Notes: generated by a model not told the origin, from the letters alone. Shown: positions 26,718-42,256, counted from the stretch's first letter. The stretch is 64,000 bases of DNA from Eledone cirrhosa (GCA_964016885.1 OZ024759.1:18476001-18540000), one strand, 5' to 3'. A program made the numbers and translations.

Positions 26718-27545
26718 AAGGACTCTGGATTTACTGTAACACTGGCTCAGAGCAGGAGAGTTAAGGCGAAAAAGATAATGGATGCTGAATTTGCCGACGA
26801 CATAGTTTTGGTGACAAATACAGTGAAGGAGGCAGAGAAGTTGATGTAGGAAGTTGAGACTGTATCGATGAGTGTGGGGCTGAGAATGAATGAGATTAAG
26901 ACGAAGTATCTGGTAGAGAATATTAAGAAGCCAGAGGGGATTACTAATGTAGGTGGGAAGCCGCTATAATTGGTTGAGGACTTCCTGTATCTGGGAGCAA
27001 AGATTGGGAATACAGAAGATGATGTGGTCGAGAGGAAGAGCAAAGCCTGGGCGGCATGCCACAGTTTGTGATCGGTCTGGAAGTCGGACGTTCGTAAAAA
27101 CCCGAAAATCCGTCTCTTCGTTGCTTCGTTGCTTCGTTGCTGTACGGGTCTGAGACTTGGACACTGACCAAGAAACTCACTCAGATGGTGGATGGGTGCT
27201 ACACGAGAATGCTGAGGATGGCTCTCAACATTAATCAGTATACACTGAGGATGAAGAACTCAGAGCTGTATGGGAGCCTCCCAAACGTCAGCTCGAAAGT
27301 GACACAGAGGAGACTGAGGTTAGCTGGACATGCTCACCGACATCCAGAGTTGACATTGCACTCAGTGCTCCTGTGGGAGCCCCTGCATGGACACACTGGA
27401 AGAGGGAGACCGAGGTTGACATATGTTGATGCGCTAATGACAGACACTGGTCTCTTGGAGACGCAGGACATGGCAGCGATGATGAGGGACAGAGACCGCT
27501 GAAGAGAACTCGACCATGGATCTCGGGAATTTTACCCGCCCGAGA
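26718..27545 (+). pseudogene. RTE-like LINE, decayed RT-to-3'-end fragment
   Basis: [10 protein letters not shown] (RT active-site motif), LYGSETWTLTK, RRLRLAGH and GRGRP, with in-frame stops and frameshifts. Confidence 0.9.
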
Positions 27546-28015
27546 TATATACATATTTATGTACATATATATACGTAAGTATATATATATATATATACGT
27601 CCACACAAACACAGTGTGTACGTATATATGTAAATATGTGTGTATGTATGTGTGGTGGAGTTGTAGGTGCGCCGTGGCGATATACGGAGTTACGTGGGTA
27701 TTTTAAACCAGGAGGAGCCCTTCCCCTCACCAGGTCTGAACACAGTCAATTTCTTCCAGACAAAGAGAGAGAGAGAGAGAGGGAGAGGGAGAGAGAGGGA
27801 GGGAGAGAGAGAGGGAGGGAGAGAGAGAGGGAGGGAGAGGGAGGGAGAGAGGGAGGGAGAGAGAGAGTGTGGATCTTATAAAGATTTAGAAGAGTCAACT
27901 GCAGTACTGGACTGGTAGTTTATTTTATCGACTTCGAAAGGATGACGGGAAAATTTGACCCCGGGCGGGATTTGAACTGAGAACCCAGTGAACCAGAAAA
28001 GATACCGATATATTC

Positions 28016-28564
28016 TTAACCTTTTAATGATCACATTTCTTTTCTTCCTCATCATATTGCAGTTTCAGTGTTGATGGTCTTATTCACAGCTCTTCGATAC
28101 TATGGGCATGTGGTTAGAATATCTCAGGAAAGAATCGCTGGACAGATTTTTACGGGCGAGAGACCCAGGGGTAGACTCCGAGCAAGATGGTGGGATAACA
28201 TCCATGAGCTTGGCTGGTCTCATTTGGTGATCCAGCCGGAGCAGTTGAAGACGGTTGCTTTTGACAAGACCTGCTGGAGGGAGTGTGTGGGGACTCTGCA
28301 CCCCCTTTCAGGAATAAGTGGGAGAAGAAGAAGACTGATCACATTTCTAATGAAATACACTATATTTTAATTAATTAATGAAGAATTTTGAGGGATTTAC
28401 TAAAATTATTAGTTATTTCATTACTAAAATAGTAACTTAATGTAAGGTTTTTATATAAAATTATGTTGGAAGATTTCAATTTAAATTGGAAATCCTTAAA
28501 ATGGGTTTTGTTTCATAGATAGAACTAGAGCCAGTTTTGGCCGGGCTGGTAACTAAAGGGTTTA
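28016..28564. mobile_element. piggyBac-like MITE interrupted by a LINE
   Basis: TTAACCTTTTAATGATCA and TGGTAACTAAAGGGTTTA form degenerate TIRs with TTAA-like ends. Confidence 0.45.
28041..28335 (+). mobile_element. RTE LINE 3' fragment with 13-bp TSD
   Basis: LRYYGHVVR...RPRGR..RWWDNI; (GAA)n tail; TGATCACATTTCT at 28028-28040 and 28336-28348. Confidence 0.85.
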
Positions 28565-28674
28565 TCCGATTCCCCAACGATTCTGTCATTTTACCGCCTT
28601 TCAAAACACAGTAAAAGACGATGAAATATGTCACTGCTATACTGGAACTAATTGGAAAAGGAAAGGGACTGAGA

Positions 28675-28873
28675 GTCCCCTGAGGGCCACATGGGCACAT
28701 ATGTATTTTCTGAGGGCCACACACGACAACTAATTGCGCACATTACAACTAATTTATTTTATTTTATATTATGAAGATAAAACCTGCTCACGCTGTAAAA
28801 ACCTTTATGCTGGCCACAGGTGTGCTTGTAAAGGGCCACATACAGCTCGCGGGCCGCATGTTTGACATGCCAG
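28675..28873. mobile_element. hAT (Charlie-like) terminal fragment
   Basis: Repeated GGGCCAC subterminal motifs and CGCGGGCCGCATGTTTGACATGCC end. Confidence 0.6.
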
Positions 28874-30221
28874 GTGTATAGTTTATCCACCCATGACTAA
28901 CTAACTGACCATGGGTGTGTTTCACACAGGCACAAAGATGGGCAAGATGTTTTGCGGGAGAACAATAGTCACCCATGCATGATGATAGTGGAAAGAGAAA
29001 CGGCAACACAGCTTAGCAGGCACCATGTATCGTCACGTCACAACTAATTTTCATGAACTAAGTAGATTGGGGCAACGTGGAGATATAATGTAGTGTCTTG
29101 TTCAAGGACACAATTGGCAACTCGGTGTAGCAGTAGATCTCACGACCTTACAATCAGAAACCCAGCACTCTATCACTAAGCAACGTGCCTCCTCTGGAGT
29201 TGATTATCTCTTCAAAACGAAACTTTTGAAGTGGAAGAAACCACAGAATGAAGGGCTAAATATTCAGTAACTTTTCGTTGCGTCCATTAGCTTTAGAGTT
29301 CAACTACTGCTGAAAATATATTCGGTTCGATTCATTCGACTTTAATAAATTTCCTGAAAATTTGTGGCCTAAGGCCAAATGTTGATGATCAATATTTAAA
29401 ACAGCAACGAAAAATAAATATATTTCTATTTGAACAACGGTGTCTATTTTGAAGTATCTGTTTAGATGATACACTGTTTACAAGAGATGTAACTGAAGTG
29501 CTGATTTCTGACATTAATAATTGATACCACCAGGCAAGATAACCTTTTCACACCAACCTCTCAATTGTAACTGGTGAAATTCTATGTTCACATATAAAAT
29601 TCTATCTCTACTGATCGAGGTGAGATTGAATGAGAAGACTATATTTCTCTGATGAGGACTGGCAAAGATCACATGTTTTCCCCTAAGGATGAAAATTCAA
29701 TTTTCTCTTAAATTGATTCTTCATTCTTTGCAATTACCTCCCCTTTTACTCTGAGAATCGCTCACATTAGCCGTTAGATTTTCTTTTACTTTCTCCAGCC
29801 AAGGGAGGCAATTTCAATTTATTAACAATGTTTCATGTCCGCCATTCAGGAAATTACCACCTGCCTAAATTATCTAAATTCGTTGGTCCACTTGATCTAT
29901 TCGTCTTAGTCCCAAAGTTTGTAATTATCGATATAACGATGGTCCAAAAAACTTTGTAACGCCTTTTATACTTGTAAAGTTTTATAACCAATGATCAAAG
30001 CAAGCATGAAATGATTTTGCTTCGCTGATAAGATCCAATAATCATAAAACATTGTAGTATTTGACACTTTGTCTGCTAATAAAGATTTCCTTCCTAAGAA
30101 TGAAACTTCAGCATTCTGCGAAATAATTCCTTAAGTAGCAAATAAAACAATTATTAAGCAGACTGGAATATATATTTGAGAAGTAGCGGTACACTACTTC
30201 GTAGTTCAAAGACCCACTGTA

Positions 30222-30771
30222 AGAAGGTCGACTGAAGAGTTCATAGGGTGACTAGGACACTCTCATGGAATGACCAAATGATGTTTATTTTTTAACATAG
30301 TCCCTGGAAGGAAACAATAAAGTCATTAATAAGAAGAGTTGAAATTAATCATCATTTTTCATCATTTCATTTTACGTCCGCTTTTTCCCTGCTTGTAAGG
30401 GTGGGACGGGAACTGATTCTGGCTTGATTTCTACAGCTGGATGCCCTTCCTAACACCAACCTCATTTACAGTGAGTGCTGGGTGCTTTTTTTGCCGTGGC
30501 ACCTCCACGTCCATTTTACAGTGGAATGATAGGGACTGGGGTCCCTATCATCTCATTTCTACAGCTGAGTAAACTGGAGCAATGTGAAATAAAGTGTCTT
30601 GCTCAAGGAAACAACACATCACCCGGTCCGAGAATTGAACTCACAACCTTTCGATTGCAAGGCCAATGCTCTAACCACTAAGCCATGTGCCTCCATAATG
30701 TATGCGAGATTTCACAGCACTAGCATCACTCCTTCATAGTAAGCCTATGAACCTTCCAGCCATCCCTCGTA
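30222..30771. mobile_element. mariner-type MITE split by a SINE insertion
   Basis: TIR-like GAAGGTCGACTGAAGAGTTCATAGG and CCTATGAACCTTCCAGCCATCCCTCGTA; the two halves are colinear with the 2035-2190 copy. Confidence 0.65.
30349..30693 (-). mobile_element. full-length Meta-type SINE with RTE-derived tail
   Basis: Complete head-to-tail match to the 3045 and 19367 copies. Confidence 0.88.
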
Positions 30772-31249
30772 GTTGTAGCAATAGATATTGGTACACAGGG
30801 CCAGTATCTAGTTATTTAACGCCCGAGGCTTACTCTACATTGTTTCCCAGTTATAAGCCCCATTCTCAAATTTTAAGTAAATTCTATTTAAGGTTTGGTA
30901 AGCTGACAAACCTAGTTTTAGACAATTCATGGTAAGACTAAGTACATTACCAAGCCCGCATTTCTCTCTACACTGTGCACACTCATCAACGCTAAATCAG
31001 GTTACAGCTTATAACACAATTTGTCCCCCTGTAACACCTTTGCTATCTCCACAATGCTGCTACGCGGCAAAGGTGCTTGGTGATATAATTATTGGTGTCA
31101 AGAAATTACAACTTCTCTCTATAACTCACTCTCCGTCACTGGAAGAAATAGGTTGTGGTCAGATCCTAGTTGATGTTATATAAATAACAATGAAAGAGTT
31201 TTGTGTCTATGTTAGAAACTGGCTCTCTTTCTAATGAACTTTTATAAAA

Positions 31250-31672
31250 TAATTGTTTCTACTTTTAGCACAAGGCCAGCAAATACCCAGTACATTACTG
31301 GTACTTTATTTTATCGACCCCGTAAGGATGAAAGGCAAAATTAACCTTGGCGGGATTTGAAAACAGAACGTAAAGGGCCATAAATCTATGCTGCGAAGCA
31401 TGGCGTCTGAAGCTATACCCATACTGGCAATCCACTGCACAAAACAATTGTTTCTACTTTAGGCACAAGGCCAGCAATTACCTGGTACATTACTGGTACT
31501 TTATTTTATCGACCAGTAAGGATGAAAGGCAAAGTTAACATCAGCAGGATTTGAACTCAGAACGTAAAGGGTCATAACTCTATGCTGCGTAGCATGGTAC
31601 CGCACAAAATAATTGTTTCTACTTTATGCATAAGGCCAGCAGATTGAAGGGGGATGAGAAAGTCGATTAAAT
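31250..31672 (-). mobile_element. array of about 2.5 Nin/Deu-domain SINE units
   Basis: AATTGTTTCTACTTT recurs at about 31251, 31446 and 31611. Confidence 0.85.
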
Positions 31673-32244
31673 TTGTATAAAACTGTGACCATTTAAGGAT
31701 CGGGAATGTGCGATTTTGAGGTCCGTGTGCCCTAGGCCATGCCTATTTGAGCAATGGAAGCACCGATCCTGTTGGCACATCGAAAAATAAAGACATCACA
31801 TAATCTGTGTTGTGTCCTCTTTGAATTATCACTGTATCTATCAATCGGATTGCCATGGTTTTAAGAGTAATTATTATTGTTTGTTTTTTTTTCTTGTTAT
31901 TATTACTGTTTGCGGTTCGTTTAGTATCGTTGTTACAGTTATAGTAGTTTGACACCAGGGTTAAATAGTCCTGACCCTTTTCTCATTTTATTTAGCTTCA
32001 TAAATATATTCATTAATAAACGTTGAGAGAAACATTTTAGCGTAACAAAGTCATTTTAGACATTCAGAGGACATACAGCAACAAACTAAAAAAAAAAAAA
32101 ATAGAGAAACTTGCTGTTAACTTTTCATTCATTTCATTAAACTACCGTCACCTTATCTATGACCTCAGCACTGACTCAATTTCATTCCAACTGTTTTGGA
32201 ATTTAGTTACTGGGGCCACTTTTTTTTTTCAATTGTTGAGCACA

Positions 32245-32315
<71 letters not shown>

Positions 32316-32686
32316 GAGACACATGCAGAGAGACACGCACGAAATCATGTATATGAATATATATATATTCATATGTGGATGAATTTATATCCTGATTCTC
32401 TTTGAGATGAGTTTAAATTATTTTTCCCACATCTTACGTTAACTATTTTTCCCATTTTGACGCTATAGTCACTTATATACTATGGAATGCTGTTCGCTTT
32501 TCGCTGCAGTGTTTTCTATACCTTTCATTTATATATATATATATATATATATTTATTAAATAACAGATTAATAAATATTTGCTCTACGGTTCTTATATAT
32601 TTGATATATATTTATCCTTATCGTGCCCTCTTTGGATTTTAGTCTTCAAATTTATTATTATTACTATATATATATATATATATTTT

Positions 32687-32835
32687 ATTATTTCTGAAGA
32701 CGGCGTATATATGTGTTTGGTATGTATATTTAATCTTGATAATTTGTATAATTTTGTATAATTTTGTACATAGATCTGTTGAATATGCATACCAATTATT
32801 ACACATATATATCCTAGAAACGATCGTTAAATAAT
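32687..32835 (+). ncRNA. type I hammerhead ribozyme with very long stem II
   Basis: ATTATTT-CTGAAGA-C-GG..TATATATGTGT..TTGGTATGTATATT...AATATGCATACCAA..ACACATATATA..CC-TA-GAAA-CGATCG-TT-AAATAAT. Confidence 0.78.
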
Positions 32836-33023
32836 GAACTTTTTTTGTTTAATATAAGGAATTGTTTGTTCATTATTTGTTTAATATTTTATCTTGACTC
32901 TGTATACCGTTTATCTTTCACCGAAAGTCGTTTTTCATTGCATCTCTTCTTTCCATGATATCCGGAATACATTGAGTTCTTCATACGGATTGGACACTAC
33001 CGTAAACTCTTGGTAGATTTATC

Positions 33024-33063
<40 letters not shown>

Positions 33064-33097
33064 TGCATATAGACAGGCAGTTATACAGACAGACACG

Positions 33098-33153
<56 letters not shown>

Positions 33154-33507
33154 TGGACTTAACTCCGGAGTACCAGCAATGTCAACATGAAAACATATTT
33201 ACATCAGGTCCATTTGAGAAAAGTAAAACAAGATGGAAAATACAGTTTTTAAATGACGAAAAACACATAACACACACATGGATACACATATGTACTTACA
33301 TATATATACTTCTATATATATATTTGTATTAGAACACTGGATTAACCCCTTTACTTCCCTCCAAAGAAGAGATATTATCTCGAAAATTAAGGATATTTAA
33401 ATAAATTTAAGGTAAAAGACTAATTGACAACAATTTCTTTTGCATTTGCATTTATATTCTATATCCATACCTGCATTGTCTTGGCCTTCCAACTCCAAAC
33501 GTTTATT

Positions 33508-33708
33508 AGAAATGAGATGATAGGGACTGGGGTCCCTATCATTCCACTGGAAAGTGGACGTGGAGGTGCCACGGTAAAAAAAGCACCCAACACTCACTGT
33601 AAATGAGGTTGGTGTTAGGAAGGGCATCCAGCTGTAGAAATCAAGCCAGAATCAGTTCCCGTCCCACCCTTGCAAGCAGGGAAAAGCGGACGTAAAATGA
33701 AATGATGA
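33508..33708 (+). mobile_element. Meta-type SINE, 3' half
   Basis: Nearly identical to 3135-3335. Confidence 0.85.
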
Positions 33709-35027
33709 TATAACAAAGCGGGTGTGGTAAGATACCAGCTGGACCATAACGCACCAGAGTACTCAATACTTAGGGTAGTCGAGTGGGTAATAGGAAAAGG
33801 CTCAGCACACCAATCACTAGATAGAACTGGTCTTTCCTTATAGCTAATCATGATGTAATATTAGGAAAAGTACTCGACGTTATGCAACTCATCCATCTTT
33901 GATGTTGAATCCTGTTGGTGTTAACAATTAATCGAGTTAATTATTGAATAAAAAAAAAATAGGAGGCCATTGAAATGTACATACCGTTTGCTGAAATACA
34001 TATTTAAAGGAATTTCACCAGTCCGGCCACCTGTCATTTTACTCAATACACACATATATATATATACACACACACATACACAAATGGGTATGGCGTGTTA
34101 AGGTCTGGAGTCGTAGGGGCGCAGTATTGATATACACCATTTCTAGTGTAATTTTTAAGACTGACGGAGCTCATCATCTCTCAAGATCTGGGCACAGCAG
34201 AATTTTCCAGAGAAGGTGAGAGAGAGTGGAAGTGAGAGAGAGATATAGAGAAAGAATTGACCCCAGTACGAAACTGGTACATTTCTTAATCGACCTCGAA
34301 TGGAAGAAACGCAAAGTTGACTTCTGCGGTATTTGAACTCAGGGAGCAGACAGCTGAAACGAATACAGCACAACATTCTATCCGACATTCTAACGACTCA
34401 GCCGACGCGCTTGCATAAGTGGACATAATGAGTTAGCTGGTTATTAATTAGCTTTAACTAATTACAGTCTCCGTGTGATGTCATGTGTTAAGTTGATACA
34501 GCGAGTAGTGTTCACCATCTAATGATTGGGAAGTTCTAAAGTTAGGAAGGAGACAGGTCTTGATTTGATGATTTCATGTTAAGATGAAAGATTTCATTTG
34601 ACCATTCTACACTTTCTTTCCCTCTTTAACTTCTGTACTTCACATATTTTTTTTTTACTTTCTCTCCTCTTTACTCTCATGTAAATATGTATACACATAA
34701 AATATATAGATAAACCATATATATATATATATATATAATGGAAAAATTTGAACAGGAACAAAACAGAGAGGCAGTACAACGAATGTTTATTAATTTCACA
34801 CTCTGTTATTTTAATAAATATATATATATATACACCATATATATATATATACACCATATACATACAAGCACCATAATATATATATATTCATGTATATATA
34901 TATAAAGTTCTTCCTTTCTATGTTCCTATCATATTTGTTTGTTTCTTCCAAACTGCAGACGAAGTAAACATCAAATGTTGGAAGACAGAGACACAATAGC
35001 AAACATGAACAGAATAAAACGACATAC

Positions 35028-35065
<38 letters not shown>

Positions 35066-35337
35066 AAGGAGCTTCTACAGGACTAGTACTGTTTCATTCA
35101 GATGGCAACCCCACCAAGTAAACTTGGTGGGGTTGCCAGTTTAGTCGCCGACGACTCGACCATGCGACAGGTTGTACTGGTTTACATGTTACCAGTAGCA
35201 CTCAAGAGTGACCTGACATATTTATATATATATATAAATATATATTAATAATAATAAATTTGAAGACTAAAATCCAAAAAGGGCTCGATAAGGATAAATA
35301 TATATCAAATATATGATAACCTTAGAGCAAATATTTA

Positions 35338-35384
35338 TTTCAGAAGATCCCGTTAAGGGTGAAAGCAGCGATTCTTTGCTTAAA
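35338..35384 (+). ncRNA. hammerhead ribozyme motif with one core substitution
   Basis: TTT-CAGAAGA-T-CCCgttaaGGG-T-GAAA-GCAgcgattcttTGC-TT-AAA. Confidence 0.6.
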
Positions 35385-35623
35385 CTTTAATCTGTTATTT
35401 TAATAAATATATATATATATAGCTTTTTTTACAAAACGTTTTTTCCATTTTAGGTAGACACGCTCCATCATCCACTTTTCTAAAATATAAACTATACACA
35501 AAACGCCAGCACCAACAGTTTGGCAAGAGATATCAAGATGAATGGACCTGTTATTTTTATCTAAAGATATTTTTTCAAATTCCCACCCGCCCGTCCTCTC
35601 AATCTATCTTATTTCTCATTCTT

Positions 35624-35659
35624 TCTTCTGATGAAGGACTAGCGTCCGAAATGTTAAGA
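35624..35659 (+). ncRNA. minimal type I hammerhead ribozyme
   Basis: TCTT-CTGATGA-A-GGACtagcGTCC-GAAA-TG-TT-AAGA; lies in repeat 35540-35735, homologous to 47218-47428 (inverted). Confidence 0.78.
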
Positions 35660-36008
35660 CCCTCTTCCTGCTATTTCAAGCGTTACCTAATATATCCCTT
35701 CCATATACTGTACCGATTGTGTTGTTATTTCTGTTTACCTTTTACATATATATATGTATACATACATGTGTGTGTGTGTGCGCGCGCTTATGTATCTGTT
35801 GTGTGCTGCATTGCGTCATTGGATTCTTATTTAATTTAAAAACCTACATTTGTTTTTATTATGCCTTCCTATACATTTTTAGTGCAAATCTCTGTCTTAT
35901 AGAAAATCATCTCATTTGACAACTTCAAGACTTCAAATCATAAATTCAACAATTTCCTGTAAATGGGAATAAAACTTGCAGCAACCTAACATCTCTAACA
36001 TTACTTAC

Positions 36009-36092
<84 letters not shown>

Positions 36093-36235
36093 CTCTATAT
36101 ATACATACATGCGTTTAGATGTTAATGTCTATTTAAAAATGCATATAGACACACACACACATACACAATATATATATATATAACGTATATATATATATAT
36201 ATATAAAACTTTAAATCCATTACATGTGTGCATAT

Positions 36236-38240
<2,005 letters not shown>

Positions 38241-38975
38241 TATATACAGATATATCGATTATATATTGCACATGTGTGCATTTTTATAAAACGCGAACTC
38301 AATACCTGTCGAGTCTTCAAATCCTTAATCAAATTTTCCATTTATCGTTTTATCGTATTGATATATAGAGCAAACCTTTCTGTAGAAGAGCGAAAAATTT
38401 GACAAAGTAGAAAACTAATCGACATTAATCTACTTACGTAGCAAAAAGTCTGTTATCGCCTTCAGAGTGTTAAATAGATGGATGCATGTATGAAAAGACT
38501 GATGAAATCTTTACAATAAATGTGTATTCAGTAAGGATTTTCAGAATATGTAAAGAGAAGAGAGGGAGAAAAATCTTATTGACAGCTAAATCATTAATGC
38601 ATAGCTTATGTGATTTGATTAATAAAATTTATAGCCTTTAGTGTATTATATTTATATTCTAAAGCTTACTGGTTGGTGGTCATCAAATAACTGCTGCAAT
38701 GCAATGATTAATGGAAGATGTGAAGTGCCACAATTGGATTCCAGTTTCACTAAATTTGGATTAATTAGTATCAGATATTTGTTGCTTTTATAAAACCCTT
38801 TTTCCAATATACATTTACGTATAAATATATATAAGAATAAATATCATGTCTTCAATACTCCACGCTCTAGTATAGGCAATAACCACGACAACTCGTACCG
38901 GACTGATAGACCTAACAATGTAGAGTGTAAACAACAGCGACAGATACCAAAACAGCAGCACACAATACAACACCG

Positions 38976-39141
38976 TACCCTATTTCCCAGCGTCGAAGAC
39001 GCTACTTTTTCCCTAAAATAAGTCTAAAAAATCTACCATGTGTCCTGGTGGCCAAAGGTTGTTTATTATTTGTTTTCATTATTTTGGGGGTTGTGAAAAT
39101 TAGGGTGTATCCTCGAGGACGAAGCGCCGGGAAATACAGTA
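38976..39141. mobile_element. Tc1/pogo-type MITE
   Basis: TA-CCCTATTTCCCAGCG...CGCCGGGAAATACAG-TA imperfect TIRs with TA flanks. Confidence 0.55.
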
Positions 39142-39677
39142 GCTGTACCACCAGTATAGAGAGGACGCGCTAAGATTAGATCGTGGAATGTAACGTGGTT
39201 CAATCCGCCTTACTCTAAGCACGTACGGACCAACATACCCGGGATATTTTTTAAGTTACTGGATGAGTGTTTCCCAACTACCCATAAATACCATAAACTG
39301 TTCAACCGGAACACTGTGAGACTCTCATTTTCAACTGTGCCCAACTTAGGTGATTATATTGCTAGCACTAATTCCATGAAAATGCGGAATTTCGAGTGTT
39401 GCCAGCAGCAGACGAGAGATCAGTCGAGGGTGGTTGGGAGAACCCGCACTGAACCTGGCACCGACTAAACCTTATCCATATGCAATGACCCGCCGTAAGC
39501 CTTGACATTGACACCCAACGGACAGCAACGTCGACCGTCGTCCCCAATGCTGTAACGGGCCGGTATGGAGGAGGCGTACAAAAGAACAAACAAAATATTT
39601 GACTTTCGTACTTTCTTTTCTCTCTACCTAACTTATGTATAGTTAGAAATATTTGATGTGTCTATTTTAATATACAG

Positions 39678-39736
<59 letters not shown>

Positions 39737-39808
39737 AATTTTGATATTTTGTAATTTTAATATATATTTTAATATATATTTTTTTAATATATAATTTTGT
39801 AATTTTTA

Positions 39809-39886
<78 letters not shown>

Positions 39887-39948
39887 GGAACACTGGAGGA
39901 TAATATCCGTAGTGGTAGAGCACTAAGTCCATGGGACGAGTGAGGTAG

Positions 39949-40078
39949 AAGTTGTAACACAACAGTTAGTTCACCATACCGAGAACAATTGTTTCACCTT
40001 AGCGGATCCTCAGCTCAGGCTCCGCTAAGGTGAAACAATTGTTCTCGGTATGGTGAACTAACTGTTGTGTTACAACTT
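39949..40078. mobile_element. 58-bp-arm palindrome with a hammerhead core in its 14-nt spacer
   Basis: 39949-40006 is the reverse complement of 40021-40078; abuts (TA)n. Confidence 0.85.
39979..40019 (-). ncRNA. minimal type I hammerhead ribozyme
   Basis: CCTGAG-CTGAGGA-T-CCgctaaGG-T-GAAA-CAATTG-TT-CTCGG; self-complementary stem III. Confidence 0.75.
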
Positions 40079-40424
40079 ATATATATATATATGTATAGTA
40101 ATTTTAATATTCATATATATCTATTTGCGTGCACATATAAATAAATATAATTGTTTCTACTTTAGGCACAAGGCCAGCAATTACCCAGTGCATTACTGGT
40201 ACTTTATTTTATCGACCCCATATAATATAATTTAGAGTTTACACTCAGGGTCAATTACCAAGGCCATTGCCGATATACGTTTGTGAGTATAGATTTATTA
40301 TGTTTTAGATCAATACAGGCAGACTATATGTATTTGAATTAAGATATTTCATTCTAGCTAATTTATTGTCAATTTACAATAAAAACACATAAGTGTTGAT
40401 CATATATTTATTTATATTAACTTG

Positions 40425-40462
<38 letters not shown>

Positions 40463-40500
40463 ATATTAACAAATGGAAATTATATTTATAAAACCATATT

Positions 40501-40566
40501 TATTTCATTATACATATTTCATGGACCACCAAGGCAGATTATGGTGCGCTTTCATCAGATAAAATA
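40501..40566 (-). ncRNA. probable type I hammerhead ribozyme
   Basis: TATTTTAT-CTGATGA-aagcg-CACCA..TGGTG-gtccat-GAAA-TATGTA-TA-ATGAAATA; 8-bp stem I with one G-U; base of stem II is weak. Confidence 0.55.
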
Positions 40567-40664
40567 TAATATTATATAAAAATATTTCGTTATAAAACTA
40601 TATAGTTATAAAAATATTTTGCTTGTTGTATCCCAACAAATTAAATATAACCTCTACATATGTA

Positions 40665-40896
40665 CGTATGTGTGCATACATAACTATATATAATCATAAA
40701 TAATTGTTTATATATATTTTAAAATGGACATGTATGCGTATATATATATATATATATATATACATACATGCATGTATGTATATATATATATATATATATA
40801 TATACATACATGCATGTATGTACGTTTGTGTGATATTTAACTATATATAATCATAAATTTAATTGTTTATATATATTTTAAAATATACACGTATGC

Positions 40897-40946
<50 letters not shown>

Positions 40947-41035
40947 TACATGCATGTATGTACGTTTGTGTGCATATATAACTATATATAATCATAAATA
41001 ATTGTTTATATATATTTTAAAATATACACGTATGC

Positions 41036-41082
<47 letters not shown>

Positions 41083-41169
41083 CATGCATGTATGTACGTA
41101 TGTGTGCATACATAACTATATATAATCATAAATAATTGTTTATATATATTTTAAAATATACACGTATGC

Positions 41170-41210
<41 letters not shown>
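40665..41210. repeat. 4-copy tandem repeat with variable (TA)n core
   Basis: AACTATATATAATCATAAA(T)TAATTGTTTATATATATTTTAAAAT repeated. Confidence 0.88.
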
Positions 41211-41213
<3 letters not shown>

Positions 41214-42067
41214 CACACATATACATACATATATGAAGTATTTGTATACATACATTAGTAAACACAAACCACACACACACACATAGACTTATATCACAAC
41301 TCGAAATATCCTTTAGCATCATGGCGGATATAGTTTATCATGATGCGATCACACCGAGTGAGTAATATGTGAACCACAGCATACCAATGATTGAAAATTG
41401 ATTGTGCTATAAGCGATAAATTCATACTGATACGTAGATTAAAGGATTAGGATATCAAATAGAAGAATTACTGATATTTCCATGCAGACAATATATATTA
41501 AAACGACAAGTGACCGATGGTTTTTAAACAAACAAAGTATAAAAATCTTTCTAGAACGCACCAAGTGATACAAGCTCAAACGTGATTATAAATAAATGAA
41601 CAAATACATAGATAGATAAATAGATATATTTCTTTATTAGCCACAGGGGCACAAAAGAAGGGACAAATAAAAAGGGGGAAGTTTACATACAATAAAAACG
41701 TGTAAAATGTTATCATAGATGGAATTTAAAAGTTAGTCGATTTTCCCCAATAGAGGGAGACAGTTTATATGGGTAACACATACCCCCGAAAAAAAATGTG
41801 CAACCCTCATCTCCAGAAGTACGAAGAGCTTGTACTCCTTTCCTCTCCTCCTCCTTTTCCTCAACCTACAGGCTGACATAGATAGATAAATAGATAGACA
41901 GGTAGATGGATAGATAATTAAGTATATAAATAAAGAAGAAAGAAAATATAACAGACGAGAAAAACTTCTGCAAACTAGTCCCTACTATTATAGCCTCGGG
42001 TAGAACAGTGGCTTGTGTCTGGAATTTGGTAGACAGAAACTGTAGAAGTCTTTCGTGTACACGTACT

Positions 42068-42124
<57 letters not shown>

Positions 42125-42211
42125 ATATATATATATATATATATACATGTGTATATATATATATATATATATACATGTGTGTATATATATATATATACAA
42201 GTGTATATATA

Positions 42212-42256
42212 GATGATGGCTGCCCCCTCGTTATCGAGTATGGCCATTGCACGAGG
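42212..42256 (-). mobile_element. ultra-short LINE 3' end with stem-loop; second copy at 45838-45880
   Basis: Minus strand CGTGCAATGGCCATA-CTCGataaCGAG-GGGGCAGCCATCATC, adjacent to (TA)n. Confidence 0.55.

Noticed and set aside
25789-26849. ORFs spanning the N run
   Set aside because: Artefacts of the gap plus TA repeat; only the last part (from about 26718) is LINE-derived
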